NCBI GenBank assembly: GCA_012295275.1
Contig: CM022677.1
Span: forward strand, 16,864,001-16,928,000
Direction: 5' to 3'
Source: Chrysomallon squamiferum
Lineage: Eukaryota; Animalia; Mollusca
Length of the DNA stretch: 64,000 bases
Shown: piece by piece, positions 40,031 to 54,017 of the stretch
How positions within the stretch are numbered: the first letter of the stretch is position 1
How the letters are laid out: each line of letters opens with the position of its first letter
Notes under the pieces: model-generated
Database searches by the model: none
What the model saw: the letters and a program-made list of their open reading frames with translations, nothing else
Told to the model about the DNA's origin: nothing
Program-made: the position numbers and the translations under genes

Positions 40031-40090
40031 TTCAACACTTCAGACAGCTGACCGTGGACTTTTTGGTTCCAGTCATCCTTATAAAGATAC
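40031..40090 (-). CDS. BTB gene 2 putative micro-exon B4
   Basis: tacacag| ... |gtatgt, 60 nt, phase 2-2, open: YLYKDDWNQKVHGQLSEVL(K). Confidence 0.5.
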
Positions 40091-40411
40091 CTGTGTAAAA
40101 GAATGCATAGTTATTTTATTAGAAAATAATTACATTACTAACAAAAATTATATTGTTCATATATGTCTCTCTTCCTCACTGTTTTCGTTTCTGTGTTTCC
40201 TTGTGTCTGTGTGTGTGTGTGTGTGCGTGTGCGTATTTTAATACAGTTTAAACATTCTATAAAAAGGTCATTGTATTCTCGAAATGATGCTGTTAACACC
40301 TTTCTCTGTTTTCGTACTAAAAACGTGTTCAAACCATTCAGTTAATTCATTTTCTGTCTGCCAAATTGATGTTGCGTCTGTCGTGGCCGTGTTTTAACAA
40401 CAACAACAATG

Positions 40412-40442
<31 letters not shown>

Positions 40443-40449
40443 CACATAC

Positions 40450-40548
40450 TTCCATTCCAGTGTGGTGTACTTCAACCGTAGACGCAGGTGACCGGTGATA
40501 TTGTTGTTTGTTAGGATGATATCATGCGTAAAAACCTTCATAATAAGA
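40450..40548 (-). CDS. BTB gene 2 putative micro-exon B3
   Basis: ttttaaag| (shifted acceptor) ... |gtatgt, 99 nt, phase 2-2, open: LIMKVFTHDIILTNNNITGHLRLRLKYTTLEW(K). Confidence 0.4.
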
Positions 40549-40728
40549 CTTTAAAACGACATATAATTAGGGGAGATTAATTAATTAGAAAATAATTAGA
40601 TTACTAACAAAATCTCTATTGTTTTGAACATTTATATCTGTATGTATGTCTCTCTCCCTCACTGTGTTAGTATGTGTGTTTAGAGATATCTGTGTTAATG
40701 TGTTTGTGTTCCTCTGTGTGCGTGTCGG

Positions 40729-40762
<34 letters not shown>

Positions 40763-40940
40763 CGTATTTTAATATATTTTAAACATTCTATAAAAAGGTC
40801 ATTGTATTCTCGAAGTGATGCTGTTAACACCTTTCTCTGTTTTCGTACTAAAAACGTGTTCAAACCATTCAGTTAATTCATTTTCTGTCTGCCAACTTGA
40901 GGTTGCGTCTGTGGTGGCCGTGTTTTAACAACAACAACAA

Positions 40941-40994
<54 letters not shown>

Positions 40995-41001
40995 CACATA
41001 C

Positions 41002-41094
41002 TTCAATTTCAGTGCTTCGATGTACTCCCAACGTAGACGCAACTGACCTGTCACGCTATCGCCTGTCCGGATCACGCCATGTGTATGACAGTCG
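41002..41094 (-). CDS. BTB gene 2 putative micro-exon B2
   Basis: tacacag| ... |gtatgt, 93 nt, phase 2-2, open: DCHTHGVIRTGDSVTGQLRLRWEYIEALKL(K). Confidence 0.5.
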
Positions 41095-41455
41095 CTGTGT
41101 AAAAGAATGCATAGTAAGACTTTAAAACGACATATAATTATGGGAGATTAATTAATTAGAAAATAATTAGATAACTAACAAAATCTCTATTGTTATCAAC
41201 GTTCATATCTCTATGTATGTCTACCTTCCTCACTGTGTTAGTATGTGTTTTTAGAGATATCTGTGTAAATGTGTTTGTGTTCCTGTGTGGGAATGTGTGT
41301 TTGTGTGTGTGAGTGTTTGTTTGTGTGTGTGTGTGAGTGTTTGTTTGTGTGTGTGTGTGTGTTTGTTTGTGTGTGTGTGTGTTTGTGTGTGTGTGTTTGT
41401 TTGTGTGTGTGTGTGTGTGTTTGTGTGGGTGTGTGTTTGTGTGTGTGAGTGTTTG

Positions 41456-41487
<32 letters not shown>

Positions 41488-41535
41488 AGTGTTTGCTTGT
41501 GTGTGTGTGTGTGTTTGTGTGTGTGAGTGTTTGTT

Positions 41536-41575
<40 letters not shown>

Positions 41576-41604
41576 TGAGAGTGCGCGCGCGAGTTTTAAC
41601 ATAT

Positions 41605-41751
41605 TTTAAACATTCTATAAAAATATGATTGTGTCCTCGAAGAAATATAATATCGCTCTCTGTTTTGGTACTAAAAACGTGTTCAAACCATCCGATTAAT
41701 TCATTTGCTGTCTGCCAACTTGATGTTGCAGATGTGGTGTCAATGTTTTCA
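41605..41751 (-). pseudogene. Shrunken BTB N-part exon relic A2 (others at ~42067-42183, ~40778-40928, ~40247-40397, stub ~39990-39996)
   Basis: ENIDTTSATSSWQTANELIGWFEHVFSTKTESDIIFLRGHNHIFIECLK is an in-frame deletion derivative of the 258-nt exon. The donor is mutated GT>AT. Confidence 0.7.
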
Positions 41752-41785
41752 CTACAAATAGTACTAATAATAATACTTCACATAC

Positions 41786-41845
41786 TTCAACACTTCAGGC
41801 AGCTGACGGAGGACTTTTTGGTTGAAGTCATCCTTATAAAGATAC
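41786..41845 (-). CDS. BTB gene 2 putative micro-exon B1
   Basis: tacacag| ... |gtatgt, 60 nt, phase 2-2, open: YLYKDDFNQKVLRQLPEVL(K). Confidence 0.5.
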
Positions 41846-42298
41846 CTGTGTAAAAGAATGCATAGTAAGGCTTTAAAACGATATATGATTATGGTAGATT
41901 ATTTTATTAGAAAATAATTAGATTACTAACAAAATATCTATTATTATCAACGTTCATATCTCTATGTATGTCTCTCTTCCTCACTATGACTGTATGTGTG
42001 TTTCCATCTATCTATATATGTGTGTGTGTTCGTGTGTTGTGTCTATGTGTGTGTGTTTTCAAATATTTTAAACATTCTATAAAAAATGTTATTCTGCTCG
42101 TAAAGTGATACTGTTAAAACCTTTTCGGCACGGAATTTAAAACATTCTTTTTTGTCTGCCATCCTCCGTTTGTAGTATTTTCACTAAAAATATTAAAAGA
42201 AAAAATTAAAATAAAAAAAATAATAATAAAAAATATAATGGGGAGAGAATACGGAAAAAAAAATTGTTCGAACATAGAAGTGCAACAATTCGTAGAGC

Positions 42299-42342
<44 letters not shown>

Positions 42343-42361
42343 TTAACAACAACTATAATTA

Positions 42362-42399
<38 letters not shown>

Positions 42400-43120
42400 A
42401 TAATAATAATAATAATAGTAGTAGTAATAATAATACGAAGAAGAAGAAGAACCTACTACTAAATATCATTTTAAATATTTCCGTGTACAGATCAGCGATC
42501 TTATATAGCGACTCACACTGTAATGATCAGTTTGTTATATTTCTATACAACTATGACCGGTACACGGACACATTTCAAAAACTAAACAACTGTAATTTCT
42601 AACAAGCCGCTATTCTTATTATTATAATTATTATTATTATAAGCAGACATGTCTTGTCACAGTCAGGTAAAGATTATTTCACTGTGGGACAATCGCAATG
42701 TACTTATGGTCATTTATACCAATTTACTCCTCCAAAAGACAAAACAACTATCCGAAAATGACAAATTTAAAACGAAACACTATATAAGAAAACAAAATAA
42801 TAATAATAATAAAGTAAGAAAAATAAAGGAATAAGATGCGCTGTTTTTAAGGTAGAAAACAGTATAAAATATCTTTTAATTTAAAATTCCTGGTCGACAG
42901 TTTCTTATAAGCGACTTTTTTCTGTCTGTCGACTAGCTATAAATAACAAATTTCATCGAACCATGATAAATGAAATAAAACAAAAAATAAAATAAATAAA
43001 TAAAATAAAAATGAAGTAAGCAATGTATAACAAAAGACGTAAATAAAAACAATAATTGCCATAATAGTGTAGTAGTAGTAATAGTACTGTTAGTAGTAGT
43101 AGTAGTAGTAATACTAATAG

Positions 43121-43161
<41 letters not shown>

Positions 43162-44241
43162 ATAATAATAATAATAGCACACTACAGTCAGGGTATACGT
43201 AACGTTTTTCATATCAAAATAAAAAAAACAAACAAAAAAAGCAAAAGAATAAATAAATAAAAAATACACTTAAATAATCTACTTTGGTATACTTAGTAGT
43301 AAATTAAGAACACTGGAATCGTCAAAACATAATAAATACTTTTAATATGGCCGACATAATTTATTTTTCTTTGTGTACTTTTAACTATCAAACCTTCTAC
43401 TGATAAACAAGTGACTGACCTCAAAAATATAAATGTCATCAACTGTCACTTTGTTAGGTTTGAATATCAGATTAAAACAAACAAATCGTGCTACGAGACA
43501 TATGTATATTCATCTTATATAACTTTTCTTTACAACAGATTAAGTATTACTAGAATACATTATTTATACGTAAGTTTTAAAATGTGTGTAATAATAATAA
43601 TAATAATAATACAGTATACTAAATATAAGTCTACATGTCTTATGTCTCTAATCTGTATATCAAAGTAAGCTAACAGGTGACTTTTTGTTACGTAGATCAT
43701 ATAAAAATAGCGACTCACTGGTACACAAGACACATGTAGCTCATAAGTGTAGATATAAACAGTAAAAATATGAAATGATTTACATTTGTCAGCTTTGTGA
43801 GAAGATAAATATTTTAAATAATGACGATAAAGATAACCAACTCATTTCCAACAAACAAAACAAACAAACAAACTGGTAAACAGAAAATAATACAATTATA
43901 TGAGCTAGCATTATTATTACATTTTTTATTTGCTCGTTGCACACACCAGAGCGGTAAGTAAACTTTCGTAGTTGTACAATATATTTTCAGGTGAGGGTCT
44001 ACCTCATGTTTTTTATGTGTTTAAAAACCTCACAGTTTAATGACCAGTTTGTTTGTCACCTGCACATCAATAACAACAATAATCCTTTTACGTTTTCACT
44101 GAAAATGAAAACAAATACAATAACATTTTATACACTCGTTCGAAAGTGTGATAAACCAACACAAAAATTAAATGAGAACGAAGAAATGAATTAAGAAAGG
44201 AAGAAAGAAAGAACGAAAAGAAGTAACGAAAGGAAGGAAGA

Positions 44242-44357
44242 ACTTCATATAATTCACACACTGCTTTTCTAGTGTTCTGATGATGTACTTCCTCGATAGA
44301 TTCAGAAGATCGGAGACGTTGTTGTCTGTTAGGTCGACGTCATCCGTATAAAGATAT
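44242..44357 (-). pseudogene. BTB gene 2 exon b' lacking its donor
   Basis: YLYTDDVDLTDNNVSDLLNLSRKYIIRTLEKQCVNYMK, then an abrupt junction to intronic sequence. Confidence 0.7.
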
Positions 44358-44662
44358 CTGTGTAAAATAATGTATAGTAAGACTTTAAAACGAGAGATAG
44401 TTATGGGAGATTTATTAATTAGAAACTAATTAAATTACTAAGAAAAGTTGTATTGTTATCAATGTTCGTGTCTGTATGTATGAATCTCTTCCTCACTTTG
44501 TTCGTACAGGTGTTTTTTACTTGTGTCTGTGTTTGTGTTTTTTCGTGTTTGTGTGTAGATGTTCTTTTTTTTCTTTTTGTGTGTTTATGTGTGTGTGTGC
44601 GTGTGAGTGTGTGTGTGTGTGTAAGTGTGTGTGAGTGTGTGTGAGTGTGTGCTTTAACATAC

Positions 44663-44914
44663 TTCAAACATTCTTCAAAATCTTCTGGCTGCATATCAGC
44701 TAACTTAAAGTCGTCTGGAACTGGGTTTTTTAATGTCTGATCGAAAACTTCGCTTCCTGTCTTCAAGCTATGTGCTTCAGAAACTGTTTCATTGTCGCCT
44801 ATCCGAAATTTAATATCACTGTGTGTTTTGTTGTCAAAAACGTATTTGAAACCTTCAGTTACTGTCTTTCCTGTCTGCCATGTTGAGGCTGGACCTAAGC
44901 TGGCTATGTTTAGA
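44663..44914 (-). CDS. BTB gene 2 exon a' (BTB N-terminal part; start ATG changed to ATA)
   Basis: tatgtag| ... |gtatgt, 252 nt, phase 2-2, open, with a 2-codon in-frame deletion (AHSLKTGSEVF). Confidence 0.65.
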
Positions 44915-45548
44915 CTACATAAAAAGAAAAAAAAAATAAGAAAAGGAAAGAAAGAAAGAAAGAAAGCCAAACAATAATAATAATAAAAATAGGAATAGGG
45001 ACAGAAAGGGAAAAACAAATTATTCGAACACAGAACTGTAAAATTAATACAGATAATAAATAAATAAATAAATAAATAAATAAAAAATAAGATTGAAAAA
45101 AACCACAAAATAATAAAAGGAAAGAAAAAGAAAAAAAAACAACAATAACAAAAACAATAATAATAATAATAAATATAAGTGTACATGTCTTACTTCTCTA
45201 ATCTGTATATCAAAGTATTTATTTATTTATTTATTAACAATAGCGTTGTTGTTTTTATTTTGCTTTTTGTTGTTTTGGGATAAAGGTTTTTTATTTTTAC
45301 TTTACTGTTTTATTTATTTTTTGATATTTTTTATTATTGTTGTTTTGTTTTTGTTTTGTTTTTTCTCCTGTGGCGAAGTAATTCATACATAGATGAAATG
45401 TAATTATGTATATATATATATATAGTGTGCTACTTTTCGTCAGGTACTTTAATAAGGTTAATTAATATCTTAAACAATCCTTTATATCCCGGTTAAGAAT
45501 AGTTCATGTCTAGACAACCAATGTTCAGATCGTGATATAAGTACTGTT

Positions 45549-45621
<73 letters not shown>

Positions 45622-45948
45622 AACACACACACACACACACACACAACAAATAAAATAAAATAAAACAATATAGAATACATTGTAGTTTCAATATTGCTGC
45701 CTACCTGAAAAGTCCTGATTGGTAATTCCTTAGAAGATTTCCATTTAATGGTTAAACTATTGATCACTGAGGAGAAGGACCTAAAAATAAATAAAATAAA
45801 ATAAAATAAATAAAATTAAATAAAACATTTTCATATAAAAATGTCGCATACTTTTTCAAGTAGCACATAGAATTACAACAGAATGATTACGAATATACTG
45901 ACCATGTTGATGATATTGATGATTATTATAATGATGATGATGATGATC

Positions 45949-46002
<54 letters not shown>

Positions 46003-46140
46003 TGGAATAGGGAGAGAACGGGAAAAACAAATTATTCGAACATAGAACTGTAACAATTCATACAGATAATAAATAAATCAATAAGATAGAAAAAATAATA
46101 AAAAAAGAAAGAAAAAAAAAAAACAACAAAAACAATAATA

Positions 46141-46178
<38 letters not shown>

Positions 46179-46328
46179 GAAATGGAATAGGGAGAGAACG
46201 GGAGAAAGAAATTATTCGAACATAGAACTGTAACAATACATACGGATAATAAATAAATCAATAAGATAGAAAATATAATAAAAAAAAGAAAGAAAAAGAA
46301 AAAAACAACAACAAAAACAATAATAACA

Positions 46329-46380
<52 letters not shown>

Positions 46381-46386
46381 GAAGAA

Positions 46387-46418
<32 letters not shown>

Positions 46419-47048
46419 ACCTCCTACTAAAAATCATTTTAAACATTTCCGTGTACAGATCAGCGTTCTTATATAGCGACTCACACTGTAATGATCAGTT
46501 TGTTATATTTCTATACAACTATGACCGGTACACGGACACATTTCAAAAACTAAACAACTCTAATTTCTAACAAGCCGCTATTCTTATTATTATAATTATT
46601 ATTATAAGCAGACATGTCTTGTCACTGTCAGGTAAAGATTATTTCACTGTGGGACAATCGCAATGTACTTATGGTCATTTATACCAATTTACTCCTCCAA
46701 AAGACAAAACAACTATCCGAAAATGACAAATTTAAAACGAAACACTATATAAGAAAACAAAATAATAATAATAATAAAGTAAGAAAAATAAAGGAATAAG
46801 ATGCGCTGTTTTTAAGGTAGAAAACAGTATAAAATATCTTTTAATTTAAAATTCCTCGTCGACAGTTTCTTATAAGCGACTTTTTTCTGTCTGTCGACTA
46901 GCTATAAATAACAAATTTCATCGAACCATGATAAATGAAATAAAACAATAAAATAAAATAAATAAATAAAATAAAAATGAAGTAAGCAATGTATAGCAAA
47001 AGACGTAAATAAAAACAATAATTGCCATAATAGTGTAGTAGTAGTAGC

Positions 47049-47085
<37 letters not shown>

Positions 47086-47125
47086 ATAGTAATACTAATA
47101 TTACTACTACTACTACTACTACTAC

Positions 47126-47163
<38 letters not shown>

Positions 47164-47187
47164 GCACACTACAGTCAGGGTATACGT

Positions 47188-50100
47188 AACGTTTTTCATA
47201 TCAAAATTAAAAAAAAAAAGCAAAAGAATAAATAAATAAAAAAGACACTTAAATAATCTACTTGTTAGAGAACAAACTTTGATATACTTAGTAGTAAATT
47301 AAGAACACTGGAATCGTCAAAACATAATAAATACTTTTAATATGGCCGACTTAATTTACTTTTCTTTGTGTACTTTTAACTATCAAACCTTCTACTGATA
47401 AACAAGTGACTGACCTCAAAAATATAAATGTCATCAACTGTCACTTTGTTAGGTTTGAATATCAGATTAAAACAAACAAATCGTGCTACGAGACATATGT
47501 ATATTCATCTTATATAAATTTTCTTTACAACAGATTAAGTATTACTAGAATGCATTATTTATACGTAAGTTTTAAAATGTGTGTAATAATAATAATAATA
47601 ATAATACAGTATACTAAATATAAGTCTACATGTCTTATGTCTCTAATCTGTATATCAAAGTAAGCTAACGAAGGTGACTTTTTTGTTACGTAGATCATAT
47701 AAAAATAGCGACTCACTGGTACACAAGACACATGTAGCTCATAAGTGTAGATATAAACAGTAAAAATATGAAATGATTTACATTTGTCAGCTTTGTGAGA
47801 AGATAAATATTTTAAATAATGACGATAAAGATAACCAACTCATTTCCAATAAACAAAACAAACAAACAAACTGGTAAACAGAAAATAATACAATTATATG
47901 AGCTAGCATTATTATTACATTTTTTACTTGCTCGTTGCACACACCAGAGCGGTAAGTAAACTTTCGTAGTTGTACAATACATTTTCAGGTGAGGGTCTGC
48001 CTCATGTTTTTTTATGTGTTTAAAAACCTCACAGTTTAATGACCAGTTTGTTTGTCACCTGCACATCAATAACAACGATAATGCTTTTATGTTTTCACTG
48101 AAAATGAAAACAAATACAATAACATTTTATACACTCGTTCGAAAGTGTGATAAACCAACACGAAAATTAAATGAGAACGAAGGAATGAATTAAGAAAGGA
48201 AGAAAGAAAGAACGAAAGGAAGCAACGAAAGGGGGAATAAATGTGTTATTTAAGGACACAGATTTGTGTGCGTCAAAATTGTTGTTAACAACTGTTGAGA
48301 TAAAATAAGAGTAAGTCTGTAGTCACCGCGTCAGGACTACATATTTACTATTAGCTGGAAGTGCTATTTTATATAGACAATCCTATAAACAGAATAACAT
48401 GTGCCAGCTATTGTTTCACTTTCCCGTTCGATCTGTATACGACTTCTTTTTTCCTTTTCCCCTTTCTGTTATTATTATTAAACCAGTTTGATGTTTAAAA
48501 ATATCACTTAAAATAGAGCAGCTTTGTAAAGTCTCATGAAAAGCCACTACGATACAAATGCATGAATATAAAGCAATGAAAACCAGCGAAGCGATAATTT
48601 ACTGGCCCTTAGGACACTTTTATAGTAAAGCTATTCACATAGAAAATAAATGATAACTACACCTTAATTTGCTTGCTTTGTTGCATATTATAATGATCCA
48701 TTAAATAATTTAATAAAAGTCACAATAAGTTTTATTGACATTTGAGATAAAGTGGAGGGATACAGTGTGTGTTGGCTACAATGTGGACAGAAATGGTGTA
48801 GAAAGTAGGACATGGTGGACAGAAAGAGGGTAGTAAGAGGACGCCAAAAGACAGTAGTATTGAGTGTTAATATAGTTTTAAGGGTGTTTTAAACAGATTT
48901 TTCTTTGACAATAAAATTTCACGTATTTCAGAGATTGATGAGTCGTAGAGAACAGCATTTATTAATGACCCGTTCTAAATACGCTGTTATTTTAACAGGA
49001 TGATATTCTTACATGAAAATATTTACAGGAATTACTAATCTTAACATTAAATTTAACCTTAAATCAACACCAACATCAAATCTTAGGAAGATAGTTGATG
49101 AAAAGTAGACATATATATATTATTTCATAGACACACACACACACAGACACACAGACACACGTTTAACATAACTACATATATATATATATTTTTACTTCAC
49201 TCGCATCACCAGTGGATCAAGTTACAGCTAACAAGTAATATTTGTTTCTCATGTAGATCAGATAAAAGCAGTGTGTCACAGTAGAACAAAGGTATATATT
49301 TTACGACTATCTGACAAATTCATTAATAGAGTGTTTGCTCATAAGTGTAGATATAAACTGTAAAAAGTATGAAATTATTTCCATTTGTCAACATTTTGAG
49401 AAGATAAATGATTTAAGAAACGACGATAAAGACAACAACTACAACCAAAGTACTTCCAATAACCGAAACAAACAAACAAACTGCTGCTACCAATTTATAT
49501 TTTTATGTATTAACAATATTGCTGCCTACCTGAAAAGTCCTGATTGATAATTGAACGTTTTTCATATCAAAATTAAAAAAAAAAAGCAAAAGAATAAATA
49601 AATAAAAAAGACACTTAAATAATCTACTTGTTAGAGAACAAACTTTGATATACTTAGTAGTAAATTAAGAACACTGGAATCGTCAAAACATAATAAATAC
49701 TTTTAATATGGCCGACTTAATTTACTTTTCTTTGTGTACTTTTAACTATCAAACCTTCTACTGATAAACAAGTGACTGACCTCAAAAATATAAATGTCAT
49801 CAACTGTCACTTTGTTAGGTTTGAATATCAGATTAAAACAAACAAATCGTGCTACGAGACATATGTATATTCATCTTATATAAATTTTCTTTACAACAGA
49901 TTACTAGAATGCATTATTTATACGTAAGTTTTAAAATGTGTGTAATAATAATAATAATAATAATACAGTATACTAAATATAAGTCTACATGTCTTATGTC
50001 TCTAATCTGTATATCAAAGTAAGCTAACAGGTGACTTTTTGTTACGTAGATCATATAAAAATAGCGACTCACTGGTACACAAGACACATGTAGCTCATAA

Positions 50101-51440
50101 GTGTAGATATAAACAGTAAAAATATGAAATGATTTACATTTGTCAGCTTTGTGAGAAGATAAATATTTTAAATAATGACGATAAAGATAACCAACTCATT
50201 TCCAATAAACAAAACAAACAAACAAACTGGTAAACAGAAAATAATACAATTATATGAGCTAGCATTATTATTACATTTTTTACTTGCTCGTTGCACACAC
50301 CAGAGCGGTAAGTAAACTTTCGTAGTTGTACAATACATTTTCAGGTGAGGGTCTGCCTCATGTTTTTTTATGTGTTTAAAAACCTCACAGTTTAATGACC
50401 AGTTTGTTTGTCACCTGCACATCAATAACAACGATAATGCTTTTATGTTTTCACTGAAAATTAAAACAAATACAATAACATTTTATACACTCGTTCGAAA
50501 GTGTGATAAACCAACACGAAAATTAAATGAGAACGAAGGAATGAATTAAGAAAGGAAGAAAGAAAGAACGAAAGGAAGCAACGAAAGGGGGAATAAATGT
50601 GTTATTTAAGGACACAGATTTGTGTGCGTCAAAATTGTTGTTAACAACTGTTGAGATAAAATAAGAGTAAGTCTGTAGTCACCGCGTCAGGACTACATAT
50701 TTACTATTAGCTGGAAGTGCTATTTTATATAGACAATCCTATAAACAGAATAACATGTGCCAGCTATTGTTTCACTTTCCCGTTCGATCTGTATACGACT
50801 TCTTTTTTCCTTTTCCCCTTTCTGTTATTATTATTAAACCAGTTTGATGTTTAAAAATATCACTTAAAATAGAGCAGCTTTGTAAAGTCTCATGAAAAGC
50901 CACTACGATACAAATGCATGAATATAAAGCAATGAAAACCAGCGAAGCGATAATTTACTGGCCCTAAGGACACTTTTATAGTAAAGCTATTCACATAGAA
51001 AATAAATGATAACTACACCTTAATTTGCTTGCTTTGTTGCATATTATAATGATCCATTAAATAATTTAATAAAAGTCACAATAAGTCTTATTGACATTTC
51101 AGATAAAGTGGAGGGATACAGTGTGTGTTGGCTACAATGTGGACAGAAATGGTGTAGAAAGTAGGACATGGTGAACAGAAAGAGGGTAGTAAGAGGACGC
51201 CAAAAGACAGTAGTATTGAGTGTTAAGATAGTTTTAAGGGTGTTTTAAACAGGTTTTTCTTTGAGAATAAAATGTCCCGCATTTCAGGGATTAATGAGTC
51301 GTAGAGAACAGCATTTATTAATGACACGTTCTAAATACGCTGTTATTTTAACAGGATGATATTCTTACATGAAAATATTTACAGGAATTGCTAATCTTAA
51401 CATTAAATTTAACCTTAAATCAACACTAACACTAAACCTT
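47188..51440. repeat. Local ~2.37 kb tandem duplication of BTB intron-derived DNA
   Basis: aacgtttttcatatc starts matching tracts at 47188 and 49554. 46190-48230 also matches 42230-44240, and 48250-49080 matches 16333-17130. Confidence 0.88.
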
Positions 51441-51459
51441 ATGAAGTTAGTTGAGTAAA

Positions 51460-51508
<49 letters not shown>

Positions 51509-51617
51509 GTCTACCTTTCATCAATTAGCTTCCTAAGGTATTTTATGTCTGAACAAAGATGGCTGTCTCGGTTAAGATTATTTCATCGACACACACACAC
51601 ATGCACAAACACATACA

Positions 51618-51680
<63 letters not shown>

Positions 51681-52449
51681 AACATAACTACATATATATT
51701 TTTTTTATGCCGGCTATTTTTTTGGTGTTTTTTTTACTTTAATCGCAAGGTCAGTGGATCAAGTTACATCCAACACGTAGTTTGTTTCTCATGTAGATCA
51801 GATAAAAACAGTGTGTCACAGTAGAACTCTGGTATATATTTTACACACATACACCCAACATACACACACATACATAACAAATAAAATAAAATAAAACAAT
51901 ATAGAATACATTGTAGTTTCAATATTGCTGCCTACCTGAAAAGTCCTGATTGGTAATTCCTTAGAAGATTTCCATTTAATGGTTAAACTATTGATCACTG
52001 AGGAGAAGGACCTAAAAATAAATAAAATAAAATAATATAAATTAAATTAAATAAGACAGATCATATAAAAATGTGGCATACTTTTTTTTAAGTAGCACAT
52101 AGAACTACAATAGAATGATGACGAATATGATGATGATATTGATAATTATGATGATGATGGTGATAATAATAATGGAATTAATTTAACACTACTATTACTA
52201 ACATTCTAACATCAGCGGCTGCTATCGCTATACTACTAGTACTGCCACTTCCACTATTGAAACTCATACTATTACATCGACTGGGCCTATTAGAAGTATA
52301 ACTATTATCACTACCACTACAGATTTATTAATGTATGCATTACAAAAAGTATTATCATTATTTGCATTTTTTTTCTTTTTTCTTTTTTTTTTTTATCCTC
52401 CGTTAGCCACAGTCTCAGAAATGAAAATTAACTGTGCACAGATCATCAG

Positions 52450-52724
52450 AAACATTTGTATATATTTCGATATGTTGGATATTCGCTTACAGCGTTCAAA
52501 CTGATCCAGTAAGAACTCTGTAGTGCACCGATATATGAGGAGGTCACCATGTTGTAATTGTACAAACAGCTCATGTTCCCTAGGTCAGATTTTGCAATAT
52601 AGGCAATATGTGCAAAATAATGGCTGAACTCCCAAAATGTGAACGTGATTGTAAATGTGAACGTGATTCTGTAAGGTAGTTTAATAGTTGACATAATAAC
52701 TATCTTTATTGTTGCATTTGCTGC

Positions 52725-52785
<61 letters not shown>

Positions 52786-53105
52786 TTCATTCATTCATTT
52801 ATTATAGTAAAAAATGTTATACTAGTAACCAATTCTGTTAGTTTTATGTTATTTTTAATTTAGAATTCACATTCGCACTATAGGCAATATGTGCAAGATA
52901 ATGGCCGAACTCGAAAAATATTTATACAAAATGCTTTTTAATTTTAACTTTTTTTGGGAGAAAACACGTCTCCCAAAATATGACCTAGGGAACATGGGTT
53001 ATTTGCATATTTTCAAAATGGCGACCTCCTCAAATTTCAGAGTTCTTACTGGTTGAGTATAAACGCTGTAAACGAATATCCAACATACACAAACATACAC
53101 AAACG
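52450..53105. mobile_element. Foldback/MITE-like element with ~140-bp imperfect inverted arms
   Basis: 52450-52590 (tatgttggatattcg..ccagtaagaactct..gaggaggtc..catgttccctaggtca) is the approximate reverse complement of 52980-53100. Confidence 0.55.
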
Positions 53106-53554
53106 GGGATAAATTTAAAACCAAATAACCTTTCTTTTGTACAATTTAATTCCACTGAAGAAAATTAAGTTAACAAAAGTGCACATTTAATATAATGACA
53201 TCATGGTAAAGATACATTTAAAAACTATTTTTCTGAGGGTTTTTAAATATATTTTTCAGAAGGTAGTCTCGTGACCATGCTATCATGTTACAGATATGTT
53301 TGTATCTGATGTAGGTCAGATGAGAATACAAGTATACCCGAGTGTTGTTTACGACAATCTGACAAGGTCATTGTTAAATCTACTCTTAAACCAACTCTAA
53401 TACCAACCCTGAATTAGTTCTAAATGCAACAACGTTTCTGATATTACTTACATGAATCTTAACTCTACGTCTGCCTACCTAAACATTTTCATAATTTTAT
53501 CTCGAAATCAAATAATATCGATATTATTATTAATAAAAATACGAAATTCCTACA

Positions 53555-53607
<53 letters not shown>

Positions 53608-53813
53608 ACATAATTTATGGACAGTTCTGACAAACCTGTGTGTTAGATATCTAAAAACGGGTTTAACAAAATTCACCCAAATATTTATTGCACTGATGAA
53701 ATATATTAGATGAAATATAATGCTGATTTGTTTTAAGCAGATAATAGCACGACATAAAATAAATCGCAACGAAATATAAATACCTGCAAATTTAAAAATT
53801 GCCGGCTGCAGAT

Positions 53814-54017
53814 CTGAAACACCTCCTTCTTGGTGAGTAGTAATACCTGGAACTGAGAACTTTCTGTTTGACAAGGTCACTGAAACACTTCCTTCTTGGT
53901 GAGTAGTTATACCTGGAACTGAGAACTTTCTGTTTGACAAGGTCACTGAAACACTTCCTTCTTGGTGAGTAGTTATACCTGGAACTGAGAACTTTCTGTT
54001 TGACAAGGTCACTGAAA
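53814..54017. repeat. 66-bp tandem repeat x3, duplicate
   Basis: Same as 20668-20871. Confidence 0.95.

Noticed and set aside
41599-41604. ATATGT donor as a U12 AT-AC intron
   Set aside because: Does not match the U12 consensus ATATCCT; it is better explained as a GT>AT mutation.
41156-41609. Thr/His- and Val/Cys-rich ORFs, and poly-N/I/L/RE ORFs elsewhere
   Set aside because: Translations of (CA)n, (AAT)n, (TAG)n and (GA)n microsatellites.
41752-41785. 34-nt intron joining B1 to A2
   Set aside because: Probably too short for spliceosomal removal, and A2 has lost its donor.
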